64,000 nt of DNA, taken from the human T2T-CHM13v2.0 reference genome, Homo sapiens. Position numbers and translations under genes: made by a program. Positions 10,501-24,187 of the stretch are shown piece by piece. Location of the stretch: assembly GCF_009914755.1 (NCBI RefSeq), contig NC_060936.1. One strand, given 5' to 3'. Numbering within the stretch: the first letter of the stretch is position 1; the number at the start of each line of letters is the position of its first letter. The notes beneath the pieces are model-generated. The model did no database searches. It had not been told where the DNA came from and saw only the letters and a program-made list of their open reading frames with translations.

Positions 10501-12334
10501 TTCTGCTCCCATGTCAGGGTTGGTCTCCTAGGACCCCCGGCCTACTCCCAGGAGACATTCCCAGCAGTGGTGGTAGACTCAGCCCATGGAAGAGAATCAC
10601 TAGGACCTGCCTCTGACATTCCCATCTTCCTTGAAGTGTTCATTGGCTGACTTGTTTCATACTCTTTCAAGTCATCTCTGAGAAACTGGAAGGCCTCTGA
10701 GGCTGACTCGGTCTAGCTTGAAGACGGAGGCATGAGCCAGGCTCATGCTTAGAGATGTGGCTTTTGAGTTCCCTGGAGGAAGCCATCATTTCAGAACATA
10801 GTGTTGTGATAATTTCATGAAATATTCAAGCTGCCAATTTGCCAACAGGGGTTTCTTTTAATACACTCGGCTACACTTGGTGTTGCCCACTTGAACCTAG
10901 CTAAAAGGAAAATAAAATAATCTTGTCTCCTGTCCTTTAGAGAACCAAGCCAAAATCTAGACAGTGAATGAATGTTCTTCTCCATATTGCCTGTGGGCAG
11001 AAATGTTGACTTGAGTACTCAATTAAGCTCTATTTACTTTATAACCATTGTGTCATGTACAGTCATTTATATTCCTTTCTTTCTTCCAAAATAATCTACG
11101 TTGGGCTAAAACCTTTCAAAGACATTAACAAAAGTAACAAAGTAAATAGCTAAAGAATAAATAAGGCTGTAGGCTAGAGAAATGACTTGGGTCTTGGGTC
11201 ACATTCTTTGACTTCATCTCTTTCTCTGAGAGTTCAGAAGGAATCAAATCCCTTTTTTTTTTTTTGTCTGTAAAGTGGAGATAATAATCCTTAGCCAATT
11301 CACTTCGCAGGGCAGCTGTGAGGATCCAAATAGGAGAATGAGTGTATATCGCTGTTCAAACATCAGCTACTCTTATTCTCCCCATCAGCGAGCAGAGCAC
11401 CAGAGTTTGGAAAAGCAACGCCATGAAGTAACATTCACAGCATTTCAAACAACTTTGGAGGTGTTGTGGGAGGGCTGACATTATTCAATATTTTAAAGGT
11501 GAAAATGTAAAACAAAGAGAAACCAGAGTCTGAGGTGGTCTGGCTGATACCAGAATAATCAGGGAGGAAGTGAACCATTGGTTGAGATGGGCCTGGTATT
11601 TTGCCCTCCAGAGAGTCTAGGAGCCTGTGGCCAGTAGGCTCCCAGGACGGTGGAGCCATGTGCACTGCTGGCACTGCTGCTGTTTCCAAGCTGAGGGTGA
11701 GGACATGGGGATGCAGGGTATCCGACGCCTGGCAGCTGTCCACCTGCCATGCTGCTGTCCCCTCACTGCCACCACACATGGCTGCCTGGCTTCGGCCTCA
11801 AGTCCAAAGCCACGCTGGCCTGAAGTCCTTTCATGGCCTGAAAATAGGGCCATTGAGGGCAGGAAGAACACCACCTGGGCAACCAATGTCTCCTCACTTT
11901 TGAACGTGAATTCCCCAAACCTAAACCCAACTTCCCAGTACAGGAGGACGGGCTGGAAAATAAAACTTTGCTTCAAAAGTAAACTTTGGGTTTGGAAAAT
12001 AAACTTATTTATTTTTCATAGCCAAAATGTTGCAGGTTTGGAGATAGAGGGGACAGTTCTGTGTAGCTCCCTAAGACACTGATCAAAATAGGAAAGAGCT
12101 TTAACATTATAGTCTAAGTGACAGGATTAGTTTTAGTTTCCCAAAGCAAAAATAATCCCATCATCAAAAAGTATGCTGGGAAACTTTCGCACTTTCGCAT
12201 TTGTTTGCACCTTGTTCTACCCCCAGCTCTGGTCCTGTGATCTGTGGAGCCATATATGTTTTAATTTTTCTCTAAAGAAAAAAAGCTGTATTGAGGTATA
12301 ACATCTACCTTGTTATAATTTTAAAATAGAGCAA

Positions 12335-12560
12335 GAGTAATAGCCACCATTTATTGAATGCCTAGCATGTGTTAGACAATGTTCTTGGTGCTTCATGTGC
12401 TTAATATGTTTTATCCTTACAGTAATCCTACCACGTGGGTTTTAATTATATTTTTTAGATAAGGAAACTGAGGACCAAAGTCTTAAGCAATGTGGCCACA
12501 GCCACCCAGACAGTGTTGGGGCTGGGAATTAAATTCAGGTCTGTCGGACTTTCAAAACAT
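12335..12560 (-). mobile_element. MIR SINE
   Basis: ATTTATTGAATGCCTA..TAGATAAGGAAACTGAGG..GGCCACAGC antisense MIR motifs. Confidence 0.75.
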
Positions 12561-13049
12561 TTGCTCTTTCTGTTACTTCTCCCCATGGAGAACAGTAGAA
12601 AGAGAAACCCACTATCTCTCTATCCTGGGAAAATGACCTTGTCCTTGCCTTCTGGAACCTGGCTTAGATTTGCCTTGTGGAAGCTCAGAGCTGGAATCCT
12701 TGTTCTTACTTGATGGCTGCATGTTGTCGTGGTACCCCGCCTCCCCTCCTGGTCCCGTCCTCTGGCTTTCTTTCCCCTTATTCCCAGGGTTTCTGCCAGG
12801 GCCCTCCTTGCTTCTTCACATCTCCTCACAGGCCTTCACAGACCACCTAGGTCAGTACACCTTGTCTCCCGGGGGACCCATTTGTGGCATGGCCTTGCTT
12901 CACCACCCATTCTTGGAATATTTCCTCAGTCACTCCCTCCAGGAAAATAGACACTCTCCATTCTCAAACGAGATTCCCGTGAGTCCCGGGGACCATCCCT
13001 GTAAGCTGAGCTCTCCAGACTTCATGCATTATTTATTTATTTATTTTGA

Positions 13050-14040
<991 letters not shown>

Positions 14041-15559
14041 CCTGCAATATGACTTTTTAGCTTTAAGAGCCCACTTCCTTGGGTAGTGCCCCAAATTTGA
14101 AGCCCACGTAGATGAGACTACAGCATTAGGAAATCCTATTGTGTCAGTAGTGAGGGTTTGGTATTTAGTCTGGGCTCCCAGTTCCTATACCAGAAATTTG
14201 ACTTTAATTGGTGTTTCACAATCTGACAGCTGCCTTTTGATGAGGAGTGACTGATACTGCCTCTGTTCAAAAAAACAAAATGAAACAAAAACGAAACAAA
14301 AAAAACCGGTGTCTCTATATCCAGTTCAGCTTTCACCTCGTTGCTGACCTGGCTTCGTAACTCAACAGGAAATTGGTGTTTGGCAAGACAAAGCTATTTA
14401 GTCTGTCTCTGTCTCTCCCTCTGCCTGTGTGTCTAGTCCAGGAGCACCCATGTCTGTGGCTAGAGATGTGGGCCTGATAAGCCTGGGGACTGTTGGGAGA
14501 GGGTGGCTCCCCTCATGTGTGGCTGGGCCGAGTCCTCCCTGGACTGTGAGGGGGAGGCAGCTCTGTGCTCTGTGCTGGCCAGGTGCTGCCTGCCCTGCCC
14601 CAGGCATGACTGATTAATAAGGGATCTCTGCCTTCAGCCTGAAAGCTGCCTTCAGAGGGGAAAAGCAGCTTCCCAGGGCTCTCACCTGCTCCTCATACAT
14701 CTAAAGTCTAGGCAAGAGAGGCAAAAACGTGAGAAGAAAGGTAAACAGTCCGGGGAGAAAATTGGGAAAGGAGGAAGGGGAGAGGGAAGCGAGCAGTGGG
14801 TAGACAGCCAGGGGAAACAGCAGCACGTGGTAGGCTCTTGGCTGTGGATTGATGCCCCAGTTAAATGACTCTGGAAGCCTCTTTCCAGTCTTGGGATAGG
14901 TATTTTCTTGGTGATCATTTTACCTAAGAGTGATAATATCATCGGCTGCATTTCTGTCTTAGCATGTTGAACTCTGCTAATCTGAGGAAGAAACACACAC
15001 ATACATTGATGCCTCAGCTGAACCCATTAATCAGAGACCTGGGTATGGATAAAAAAGCGCACAGGCTCATGGAGGTATGTGAAGCTCAGAAGACTTTGCA
15101 CTTTGAAGGCCAATGTACTTAATTTAATCCAACCGACTATTAGTAAATTCCTCTCCTTTGGGCTCTGCCCTCACACCCCCTCACTGGCCCTGCTCACAGG
15201 TGCCTCTGGGCCGCTGTGCAGAGCTGGAATGTTGCACAGCATTTCTCCAAGGTGGAAGCTTCTGTTGCCATATCTGGCTGCCTGAGACATCCTGGGGATT
15301 CGAGCTATACATCCAAGTGGATTTCAGTGACTCAGAGCTCATATTTGGTCTGTCGTGAATAGGATCTTGTGCCTCTGTTTTTAAAATTATTTAAAAGGCA
15401 AAAATTTTGACCTATGCCCAGCTGTCTGAAAGACCAGGAGATAAGAAGCCTTTTCTAGGATAAATTGACTGTGAAATATCTCTGAAAATGAACTGTCTCA
15501 TGCCAGTTGTGATGAAAACAATTCTAAATAGTTTTTTTTCCTCCAGAATAGGAATGGTT

Positions 15560-16330
15560 AGTCATTAACAAAAAGTTATTGAGCGTCTGCTATCTGCAAG
15601 GCAGTTTGCTTATAGGATCTCTGGATTCAAGGGTATCTTCAAGGTACAGCCCTCAACTATCCCTTCCTTTAAGGGAAGTATCTATTCTAGGAGGTAAGAT
15701 TTATGCCTAGACACACAGACATCCGCAACTGTAATAAAAGGCAGAACATGCTTGATGTTACAAGGATATAAAGATAAAGGCTCACAGATTTAAAGAAGAA
15801 GGGTGGTATGGAAAGATGGAATAAATGGAGGAAGTGTTATATGGAGGTTGTGACTGAGCCGTCCCTTGAAGGGTGGATAGAAATGGGGTGGAGAGGAGAG
15901 GCGCACATTCCCAACAGAAAGGGTGGGATGGCCTGTAATGTATTCACAGGGATGTGCGTTGGATTTCAAAGGAGTAGTGAGTTGAGTTTGGCTGGAGCAA
16001 GGTTTTGCAGGGGGAAGAAGTGGGAGAGAAAGTTGGAATGGCAGGAAGGGGATAATGCGTGGAGCACCCTGTATTGGGCTGAAGAGTTTGCATGGCATTT
16101 GGTAGGCAATGGAGGGCCGTTTAAAGTGTTTGAGTGGAGAGAGGGTATACTCAGAGCTGCTCTTCCAGGCAGCAGGCTAGAGGATAAGGTAGGGGAGTCG
16201 AGGCTGCAGGTAGAGGGGCAGTTCTGAGGCTGTTGCCACTGTCCAGGCAAGAGAGGGAAGGAGTGATTTTCCCAGCAGAAAGCCAGAGACAAGGGAGCCC
16301 TGTGCTGTGATCTGGATGGGAAGGGTAGAG
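15560..16330 (-). mobile_element. L2 LINE fragment
   Basis: TTATTGAGCGTCTGCTATCTGCAAGGCA, CCTTGAAGGGTGGATAG and GTAGGCAATGGAGGGCC motifs. Confidence 0.65.
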
Positions 16331-17565
16331 GTTGTATTTGGAGGCAAGTAGAAGATGCCCAGCATGCACGCAGAATTAGAGTTCTGTCTAAGAAGGTGCT
16401 ATTTGAAGCTGTGGAGGTGGAGCCATTGGGGAGAGAGAGAGCAGAGGGAAGGAACGATGGAGAGCTGAAGACAGACAGGAGGAGGGTAAAATGGAGGAGA
16501 CAATGACAGAGTAGTCAGGGAGGTAGCGGGAGAGCCTTACTACTGCAGGGTCTTGGGGATCAAGGCAGGAGAGCATTTCCAGGAGGCCGTCATTGCTGAA
16601 TGGAGTCGTGAAAGGGAAGATGGGAACTGAGAAGCCCGCTGGATTGAATGATTGGGCTGGAGAGTGGGTTCAGAGTGACTGTTGTCCCGCCGAACTGTGC
16701 AATGATGAGGCGTGGTGGTTGTGAAGCAGGGGCAGCACATGGGGACCACTCTTTCAAGAATTTTGGCTGTGAATAAAAGGAGAGGGGAGGGATTTGTTGG
16801 CACATGAGAGATTGGAAATGCAAGAGAGGGGAGCAGATGGGGAAGAAGGCAGTAGGCAGTGGCGTTGGGGATGGGAGTGGAAGGCTCAACCCCAGCAAAG
16901 GAGGTAGCACTCTGTCTTCAGAGGCAGACATGCAGTAAAGCAGGGGATGAGGAAACGTAGAGGGGCATGGGGGGAGCTGGAAAGGAGGACAGGAGGGGCC
17001 TCGGGCAGGGGTGCTGAATCCTGGGAGGGATGAGGCAGCTGGAGTGGGGCCTGAGCTTGAGGAGACCGGAAGAGGGAACGGTCAGTGGGAAACACTATGA
17101 GACACCCAAAGAAATCCACAAGGGTGCCCAGGTCCCAGAGGCACCGGCCGAGGTCTGGAAGCATGAGTTAGGGGCCAGGAGTGATTGGCATTCCTAGAGA
17201 AAGCTTCCCCAGAAATGAATTTGGCAAAGTGAGACAGCTGCTGACTAGGTCTGGGGGCAAAGGGTTCTAGCTCTGTAGGAGGCGTGCCAAGCTCGAGCTG
17301 GTGTGGGAGAATCAAGGTGGCCAGTGGGATGCAGGAGCCAGGATGCATCGTTTTAGTGGGAGTCAGGGAGTCTGAATCCCCCAGCCTGCCTCCATCCCAG
17401 GTGGATTAGTCATCAGAATAGCCAATGGGCCCCTTGAGCTCTGAGTGGATGCACAAAGGGCCAGGTGGACTTTCTTTGGGGAGCATAACAGGAAGAAGAT
17501 GACAAAAGCCTGGGTGGTGGAGATGGTGGCAGTTTAAGGATGTGGGCTTAGGACTGTGGACTAGG

Positions 17566-17567
17566 AT

Positions 17568-17622
<55 letters not shown>

Positions 17623-17627
17623 CGTGC
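17566..17627. repeat. Compound (TG)19(CG)4 microsatellite in a 62-bp alternating purine-pyrimidine run
   Basis: Read directly. Confidence 0.97.
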
Positions 17628-19946
17628 CTGTATGTAAGGGCAGGCACATGAAGACAGACTTTATTGGTTTCACAGTTTGGCCTCCAGAGGGTCTTCTGGG
17701 TGCTGACACCAAAGCAGAGAGAGCTCGTGGTGTGCAGCCCTGAGGTCACGTTTGTGACGTGGATGGAAGGAAGCAGGGGATGGGAGGACTGGTGGAGGTG
17801 GACGTCAGACACCAGGCTTCCCACAGACTGTCTTGGGCATCAAGGACAAGGAACCTGCACTGTTAACCTCAGTCAGGGCGCAACGGTAGAAAGGAGGAGT
17901 GATGGGGCAATCAAGACCACAAGTGCCAACCTCAGCGCACTCACCTGGAGAATACTTACCTTCACACTGTTCCCACCCCTGTCTTTCCATGCCCTTCCAT
18001 CCAAACCAAGCCCAGCTTCACAGCCTATGATATTGGCTCTCTGGAGAACCGGTTAGCCTTTGTGGAGTGTTAAGCCCTGCGATTTTATATCCTTATAATT
18101 ATATCAGAATATCAAATTCCTGAGAACAGAACATTTTGTTATTTTTTTCTTCATCCTCTCCCCTGTTGTAATCCCACAAGAAAAATGTTACAAACCACTG
18201 GAAAGCCTCTGGTTGGATCCCACTTGAGCTTTACAATGCCTTGATTTCCCTGTAATCAAGAAAAATATGATATCCTGAATGTTTCATGAAAGGATGTGAG
18301 TCTTTGATGCCAAGGACAGTAACACTCCTTGAATGCCATGGAAATATGCTCTGCTGAGTGGCTCTGAGCTTACCCTTGGTGTAGGAAGGTGTGAATGACC
18401 AGCAGGTACCCCCCAGACCCTGCCCCAGTCCCTGTCACATATGCAGAGGACTCTGGTTGGGAGGGGTCTGGTGTGGGGGAGGGTTGTGAGTGGCCTGGAG
18501 GCCTTTCCCGGAGGCAGGCAGAGAGGCGGTGGCTGCAAAGACCTAGTGTCTCTGAGTTGAGGAGGCTGGGCTTCTGCACCTCACTCAAATTCTCTGCAGC
18601 GGCCAGAGCCCCTGCATCCATTCTTATATGTTGGCATTGTTCCCAAAAGAGGCACAGTTGTTGACTTCTCATAGATGCCAATTTTCGTGATGTTTGCAAT
18701 ACTAGCTCCTCATGGTAAAATGCATAGACAGTCCAGTGGCCCCAAGTCCTTGCCTTTGTTCTTCCATTTTTGGCTAGGGAAGTAGCACTAGTCTTCTGTG
18801 TGCCTTGCCTGGAAACAGTGTGTTATGACGGCCCTCGTGGGAGTTGGCATGGCAGGCCCTGTGGCCACCATCTCACCCCGTCTGGCCTCATCTGGAAACC
18901 TACTTGCAGAGTTTGGCCTTATTCTGATGAACCTCAAGGGCAGCGCTGACCCCAGCTTGATCTCTTGCTGGGTCTGGGCAACAAAAGGCTTTGGGATTTT
19001 TCCTTTTTTCCACTCCAGTGAAACTTAGGCGGAATGCAATGTTTTCCTCTGAGGGTATCAGTTGGGGAATGAACTCAGAGTCCAGATGGACAGGGTTCCG
19101 CAGTTCCAGCTGCTGCCATACTCAGACAACTGGTCCTCTGCATTTCTTTGGAGTTTGACTTGGCTTTAATAAAATGAAGGAGAAAAGAAAATTTTGAGGA
19201 AGAAAATGACCAGAAGAAGAATGTCCTTGAGTTGAGGGAAGCCATGGAATGGGCTGGTATCCTGAGAAGTGGACTCAGCTCTTCTTCAGAGACCTGTAGA
19301 CATCACAGCCTGCAATCCCATGCGTCCTTGGCCCTCAGACTGGTACAGCTAGCATCCCTCCTAATGATTTTTCCTGGGTCTGTCTGAAAGGGTGAGGATA
19401 AAATGGCAATCAGGGTCATCAACTTACATCTTTCAGGCCCAGAAGGAAATGAACAGAAAAGTTAAACCAAAGACGGAGCCTTATGGAAAGATTCCTCTAA
19501 CACTTGGGAGCCAAACCCCAAGTTATTTGACTTGCATGTGGGGGGTGTGCCTGTACGTGTGTGGATGTGCATTTGTGTGTGTCAGAGAGAAAATAAGAAG
19601 CAGAGGAGGAGAGAGCAGTGTGACCGAGCTTGTAACCCCTGAAAGACAGCATGTGGTCACAAGATACAGCCATATCTGGGAGCAGGAATTTATGTTTTAG
19701 ATGTATTGTTATCTGTCACATTGGCATTTTGTTCGAACCATTTAATTTTCCCATGTCTAGGATTCTGCATCTGACCTTCCTACCATATGAATCTATTTAT
19801 TCTTGTAACCTCACTTATAATGACCGTTACTTGAGTATTTCAAAGGGATTGATGGAAATATGGCAGGAGAAAACTTTGTGTCTGGTCCTTTACGTACTAT
19901 TGGCTGCATTGGGACATTATAGCATAGACTCAAATGCTTAAAGAGT

Positions 19947-20234
19947 CTTTTCTTTTCTTTTTTTCTTGAGACGGCGTCACTCTGTTGTCCAGGCTGGAGT
20001 GCAGTCATGTGATAATGGCTCACGGCAGCCTCAAATTCCTGGACTCAAGCAATCCTCCTGAGTAGCTGGGACTACAAGTGTCTGCCACCATGCCTGGATA
20101 CATTTTAAATTTTTTGTAGAGGCAGGGTCTCACTGTCTTTTCCAGGCTTGTTTCAAACTCCTGGCCTCAAGTGATCTTCCCGCCTTGGCCTCCCAAAATG
20201 CTGGCATTATAGGCTTGAGCCACCATGCCCAGCC
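19947..20234 (-). mobile_element. Alu (AluJ-like)
   Basis: Diverged antisense Alu flanked by a TTAAAGAG direct repeat. Confidence 0.92.
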
Positions 20235-20934
20235 TTAAAGAGCATTTCTGAGCTAAATTTGCATTAAGAAAGAATGTCTTGGGGGTCGAGCGGGAAGAGT
20301 ATAAAAGAGCCTTGCTCCATGACTTCAAAAATAGTACCAGAGACAAAGGACTTTGGGTCTTAAAGGAATGAGGATGTCCCATGTTTGCCTGGCCTTGCAT
20401 ATGAAACTACTGAGAGAGTCTTAAATCGGGGATGCTTTATCTTACTTGTGGTAGGTGTGACTAAGAAGTCACACCCATTTTCAAGAAAGTCTTTGAGAGG
20501 AAGCTTTATTGCATCTTGCATTCCTTTTCTTCTTTCTGAGTTTCTTTCCTAGTACTGAAGCATATATTTTTTAGTTCTTTCAGCAATGGTCTATGAGTGG
20601 TAAACTTCCTCAGTCTTTGTCTGAAATTTTCTTTTATTCCTTTTGGCTTCTCATTCTAGAATGATAGTTTAGTCAGGTACAGGATTCTGTGTTAGCAGTT
20701 ATCTTTCTTCAGCAGTTTAAAGATATTCCATTATCTTCTGGATTCTATTGTTGCTGATGAGAAGTCTGCTGTCAGTCTAAATGAATAATCAATATTCTAA
20801 TTTTTGAAAAGATATATTAGTGTTACGCAGTTTTACAATGATGTGTTAATTACATAGATTAAAATATATTGCTGGGAGTTGGTGAGATACTTCAACTTGA
20901 AGATTCGTATCACTCACCAGTTCTTAGTCATTAT

Positions 20935-21309
20935 CTCTTTCTTTCTTTCCCTTCCTTTCTTTTTTTTTCTTTCTTTCTCTCTTCCTTTTTCTTTCTTTAT
21001 TTTCTTTCTTTCCCTTCCTTCCTTCCTTCCTTTTCTCTCTCCTTCCTTCCTCCTTCCTTCCCTTTCCCCTTTCCCCTTCCCTCCCTCCCTCCCTGCCTGC
21101 CTGCCTTCCTTCCTTCTCTCTCTCCTTCCTTCCTTCTCTTTCTCCTTCCTTCCTTCCTCCTTCCTTCCCTTTCCCCTTCCCTTCCTCCCTCCCTCCCTTC
21201 CTTCCTTCCTTCTCTTTCTCCTTCCTTCCTCCTTCCTTCCCTTTCCCCTTCCCCCTTCCCGCTTCCCCCTCCTCCCTCCCTCCCTCCCTCCCTCCCTCCC
21301 TCCCTCCCT

Positions 21310-21357
<48 letters not shown>

Positions 21358-21386
21358 TCCTCCTTCCCTTTGCTTCCCTTTCCTTT
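20935..21386. repeat. ~450 bp polypyrimidine compound repeat (TTTC/TTCC/TCCC/CCTG) including (CCTG)11 at 21311-21354
   Basis: Read directly; abuts the tail end of an antisense Alu. Confidence 0.97.
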
Positions 21387-21671
21387 GACAGGGTCTCACT
21401 CTGTTGCCCAGGCTTGAGCACAGTGAGTACTTGGCTCACTGCAGCCTTGACCTCCCAGGCTCAAGCAATTCTTCCACCTCAGCCTCCTGAGTAGCTGGGA
21501 CTAGAGATGTGCGGCACCATGCCCAACTAATTGTTTCATTTTTAGTAGAGATGAGATGAGGTCTTGCTATGTTGCCGAGGCTGATCTTGAACTCCTAAGC
21601 TCCAGTGATGATACCACCTCAGCTTCTTAAAGTGCTGGGATTATAGGCATGAGCTACTACCGCTCCCAGCC
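21385..21671 (-). mobile_element. Alu (AluJ-like)
   Basis: GACAGGGTCTCACTCTGTTGCCCAGGC ... CCCAGCC. Confidence 0.92.
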
Positions 21672-22314
21672 TCACGATCTTTTCAAATATTAACTCTCCC
21701 CTAGTCACTCTATTTTGTTCCTCTGGAACTCTATTATTAAAACATGTATTGATCTTTCTCATTTTACTCTTTCTTTTAAATGTTCTTTCATATTCCATAT
21801 TTTGTTATCTATCCTCTGCTACACTCTGGATAATTTCTTCTGCTTTGCTTTCCAGTTCACCAGTTTCCCCCTCATTTGTATCTGCTGCTTAGCCTTTAAA
21901 TGCATTTGCAATTTCAATGACATTTTATTCCTGGAAGTTCTACTTTTTCAAATATTTTAGTTTTTTCATAGAGTATCTTTTTCCCTTTATAATTTCCATT
22001 GTGAATGATTTCACAATATGTGCGTGAATTCTCCATTCCTTGGTGCTCTGAGCATGGCCTGCCATACTGCCAGAACTGGAAATTTGAACCTGTGTTTTAT
22101 AGTCCACTAATAATACTTTACTACCATCACAAGGATGTTGTGAAGACAAATGAGATAATGGATGTGGACATGCTTTGAAAGTATTCGTATATTTACCGGA
22201 AAGGGGTTATAATAAATATACCTCTGCTTGGCTTGTTAAATAATTCTCTCTTGAATCAGACATTTAATAAAACTGTATTTGTAAGGGGAAACTCTTCAAA
22301 TGTATGCAACAAGA

Positions 22315-22645
22315 TTATATATATACAAATATATATATATACAAAAAATATATATATATTTGGAAACAGAGTCTCGCTGTGTCACCCAGGCTGGAGTGCA
22401 GTGATGCTATCTTGGCTCACTGCAACCTCCACGTTCCGGGTTCAAGCAGTTCTCCTGCCCCAGCCTCCTGAGTAGCTGGGACTACAGGCACACGCCACCG
22501 TGCCTGGCTAATTTTTTTGTATTTTAGTAGAGACGGGGTTTCACTGTGTTGCCCTGGCTGGTCTCAAACTCCTGAGGTCAGGCAATCCGCCCGCCTCGGC
22601 CTCCCAGAGTGCTAGGATTATAGGTATGAGCCACTGCACCCAGCC
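22315..22645 (-). mobile_element. Alu (AluS-like) with an (AT)n-converted tail
   Basis: Antisense Alu body 22358-22645 with ACAAGAT flanking repeats. Confidence 0.93.
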
Positions 22646-23991
22646 TGACAAGATAATATTTAATAGCTTACCTCCTTTATTGCCTCCTATTCATGGCACC
22701 TAATGATTTCTAGTCTGTTCGATGGAACTTACTTATTTACAGAGTGTTTTAAACTTTCAAGATGTTAGTCCATGGTTTCTCCTTTTCAATGTTTTGGTAT
22801 ATAATTTGGTATATGAGGTATATATCAGATCTACATTAAAATATATTTTTGGTACATTAGGTATCTATTAGGTAAATTAGGTTAGGTGTATTGGGTATAT
22901 GTCAGGTATATTAGGCTAACTCATTCTACTACCTTCATTTAGGGAACCGAAGACAGGGCAGACTGTCAATCAACAATCAATCAATCCATGTTAAATGTGT
23001 GCTCACTGTGAGCTTGGCACTGTAATAGCCATTGGCAGAGGGCATAAACAAGCATAACCAATTTTGACAGCCATGTATTAAGTGTCTACTAGATACCAGA
23101 CGGACACAGTGATAGATACGTTGATGAATAAAACAGATGGGCATCTGCTGTGCTAGAGCGGACAGTGGGGCCGCTGGCTGGAAGTGCATCACACATTCTC
23201 AGTGGCGGCAACACGGACCATTGTTAAACCACACTCGTTTGAGAAGTGAGTGAATCTTTCAGCTCTCAAAGTCTTGCACTGTTTTCCATGGAGCTCCAGT
23301 GCACAGGCAGATACCCTGGCTCCATCAAGGACCAAGTGTTTAAAAAAACGTGGTCCAACAGATCAGCAGCTTTTGGTATAAGGGGGTCAAATACAGGATG
23401 AAACATGATATTTTGTGAGGTTGAGTGGCTATCTCTATGTCACTGAAGTTTGTCTTTGGTTGTCATCTTACCCTTCTGTGCCCTTCCATTGCTGTGGAAC
23501 ATTCTCACTTCACCCTCAGGGATCTAGGGCTTCTCCCTTGTATCTCTCCTTCCCTCTGCTGAAACATGACCACAGAGAAAGGGCCCTTGCTGCACTGTTC
23601 TTGCTCATCCTGGCAATGCAGTGCTGGCTGTGTCTTGGAGGAGCTGGGCTGGCCCTCCAGGCCAACTTTGCCAGGAGACAGCACAGGTGGGAGGAGAACG
23701 GTCTTTAGGATGTAGCTGAAAGCCCCACAGGAGCAGAGCCACCTGGAACCTGCTCAGAGGGCGGCTGGAATCAACTATTTACATTTTTGTATAAATTTAA
23801 GTCATTTTGTCTTCCCTCTGAAGTATTTGCATGTTCAGCCTTTTCTCTAATTGTGAAATGAAAGACTGTCTCCTTTCCAAGAATTTCAGGCATCAGCAAA
23901 TAAGTTCAGGAGGAATTAGTAAGATGGAAATCATCCTGTGGATGATTTTGCCGAGCCTATGACTTCCAGTTAAATCCGGCAAAGGAGAAAT

Positions 23992-24187
23992 CTAAGATGA
24001 CAAATAGGTTTCAGATCCTGTGTGGATCCAGGACTGGTTATGGCCACCTGGAGTGCTCTGTTGAAAGGACCCTGAACCATTGCCTAAGCTCCTAGGGGAA
24101 AGTGTTCAGTGATGGATTAGTGATGTCTGCCATAGGCCTAGGCAGGAGTGAAGGTAAGCGGCACCACTGCAATTCTGGCCATTCCTC
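23992..24187 (+). mobile_element. hAT-Charlie DNA transposon relic (MER117-like)
   Basis: CAAATAGGTTTCA..CCTGGAGTGCTCTGTTGA..GATTAGTGATGTCTGCCAT matches my recalled consensus. Confidence 0.6.

Larger units (their letters stand above)
20520..22000 (-). mobile_element. Ancient L1 (L1ME-like) fragments flanking the Alu and pyrimidine tract
   Basis: ATTGTTGCTGATGAGAAGTCTGCTGTCAGTCTAA and CTCTGGAACTCTATTA motifs on either side of 20930-21671. Confidence 0.65.

Noticed and set aside
20869-21439. ORFs of 160-180 aa over the pyrimidine tract
   Set aside because: Simple-repeat translations (LPSF / EGRK).
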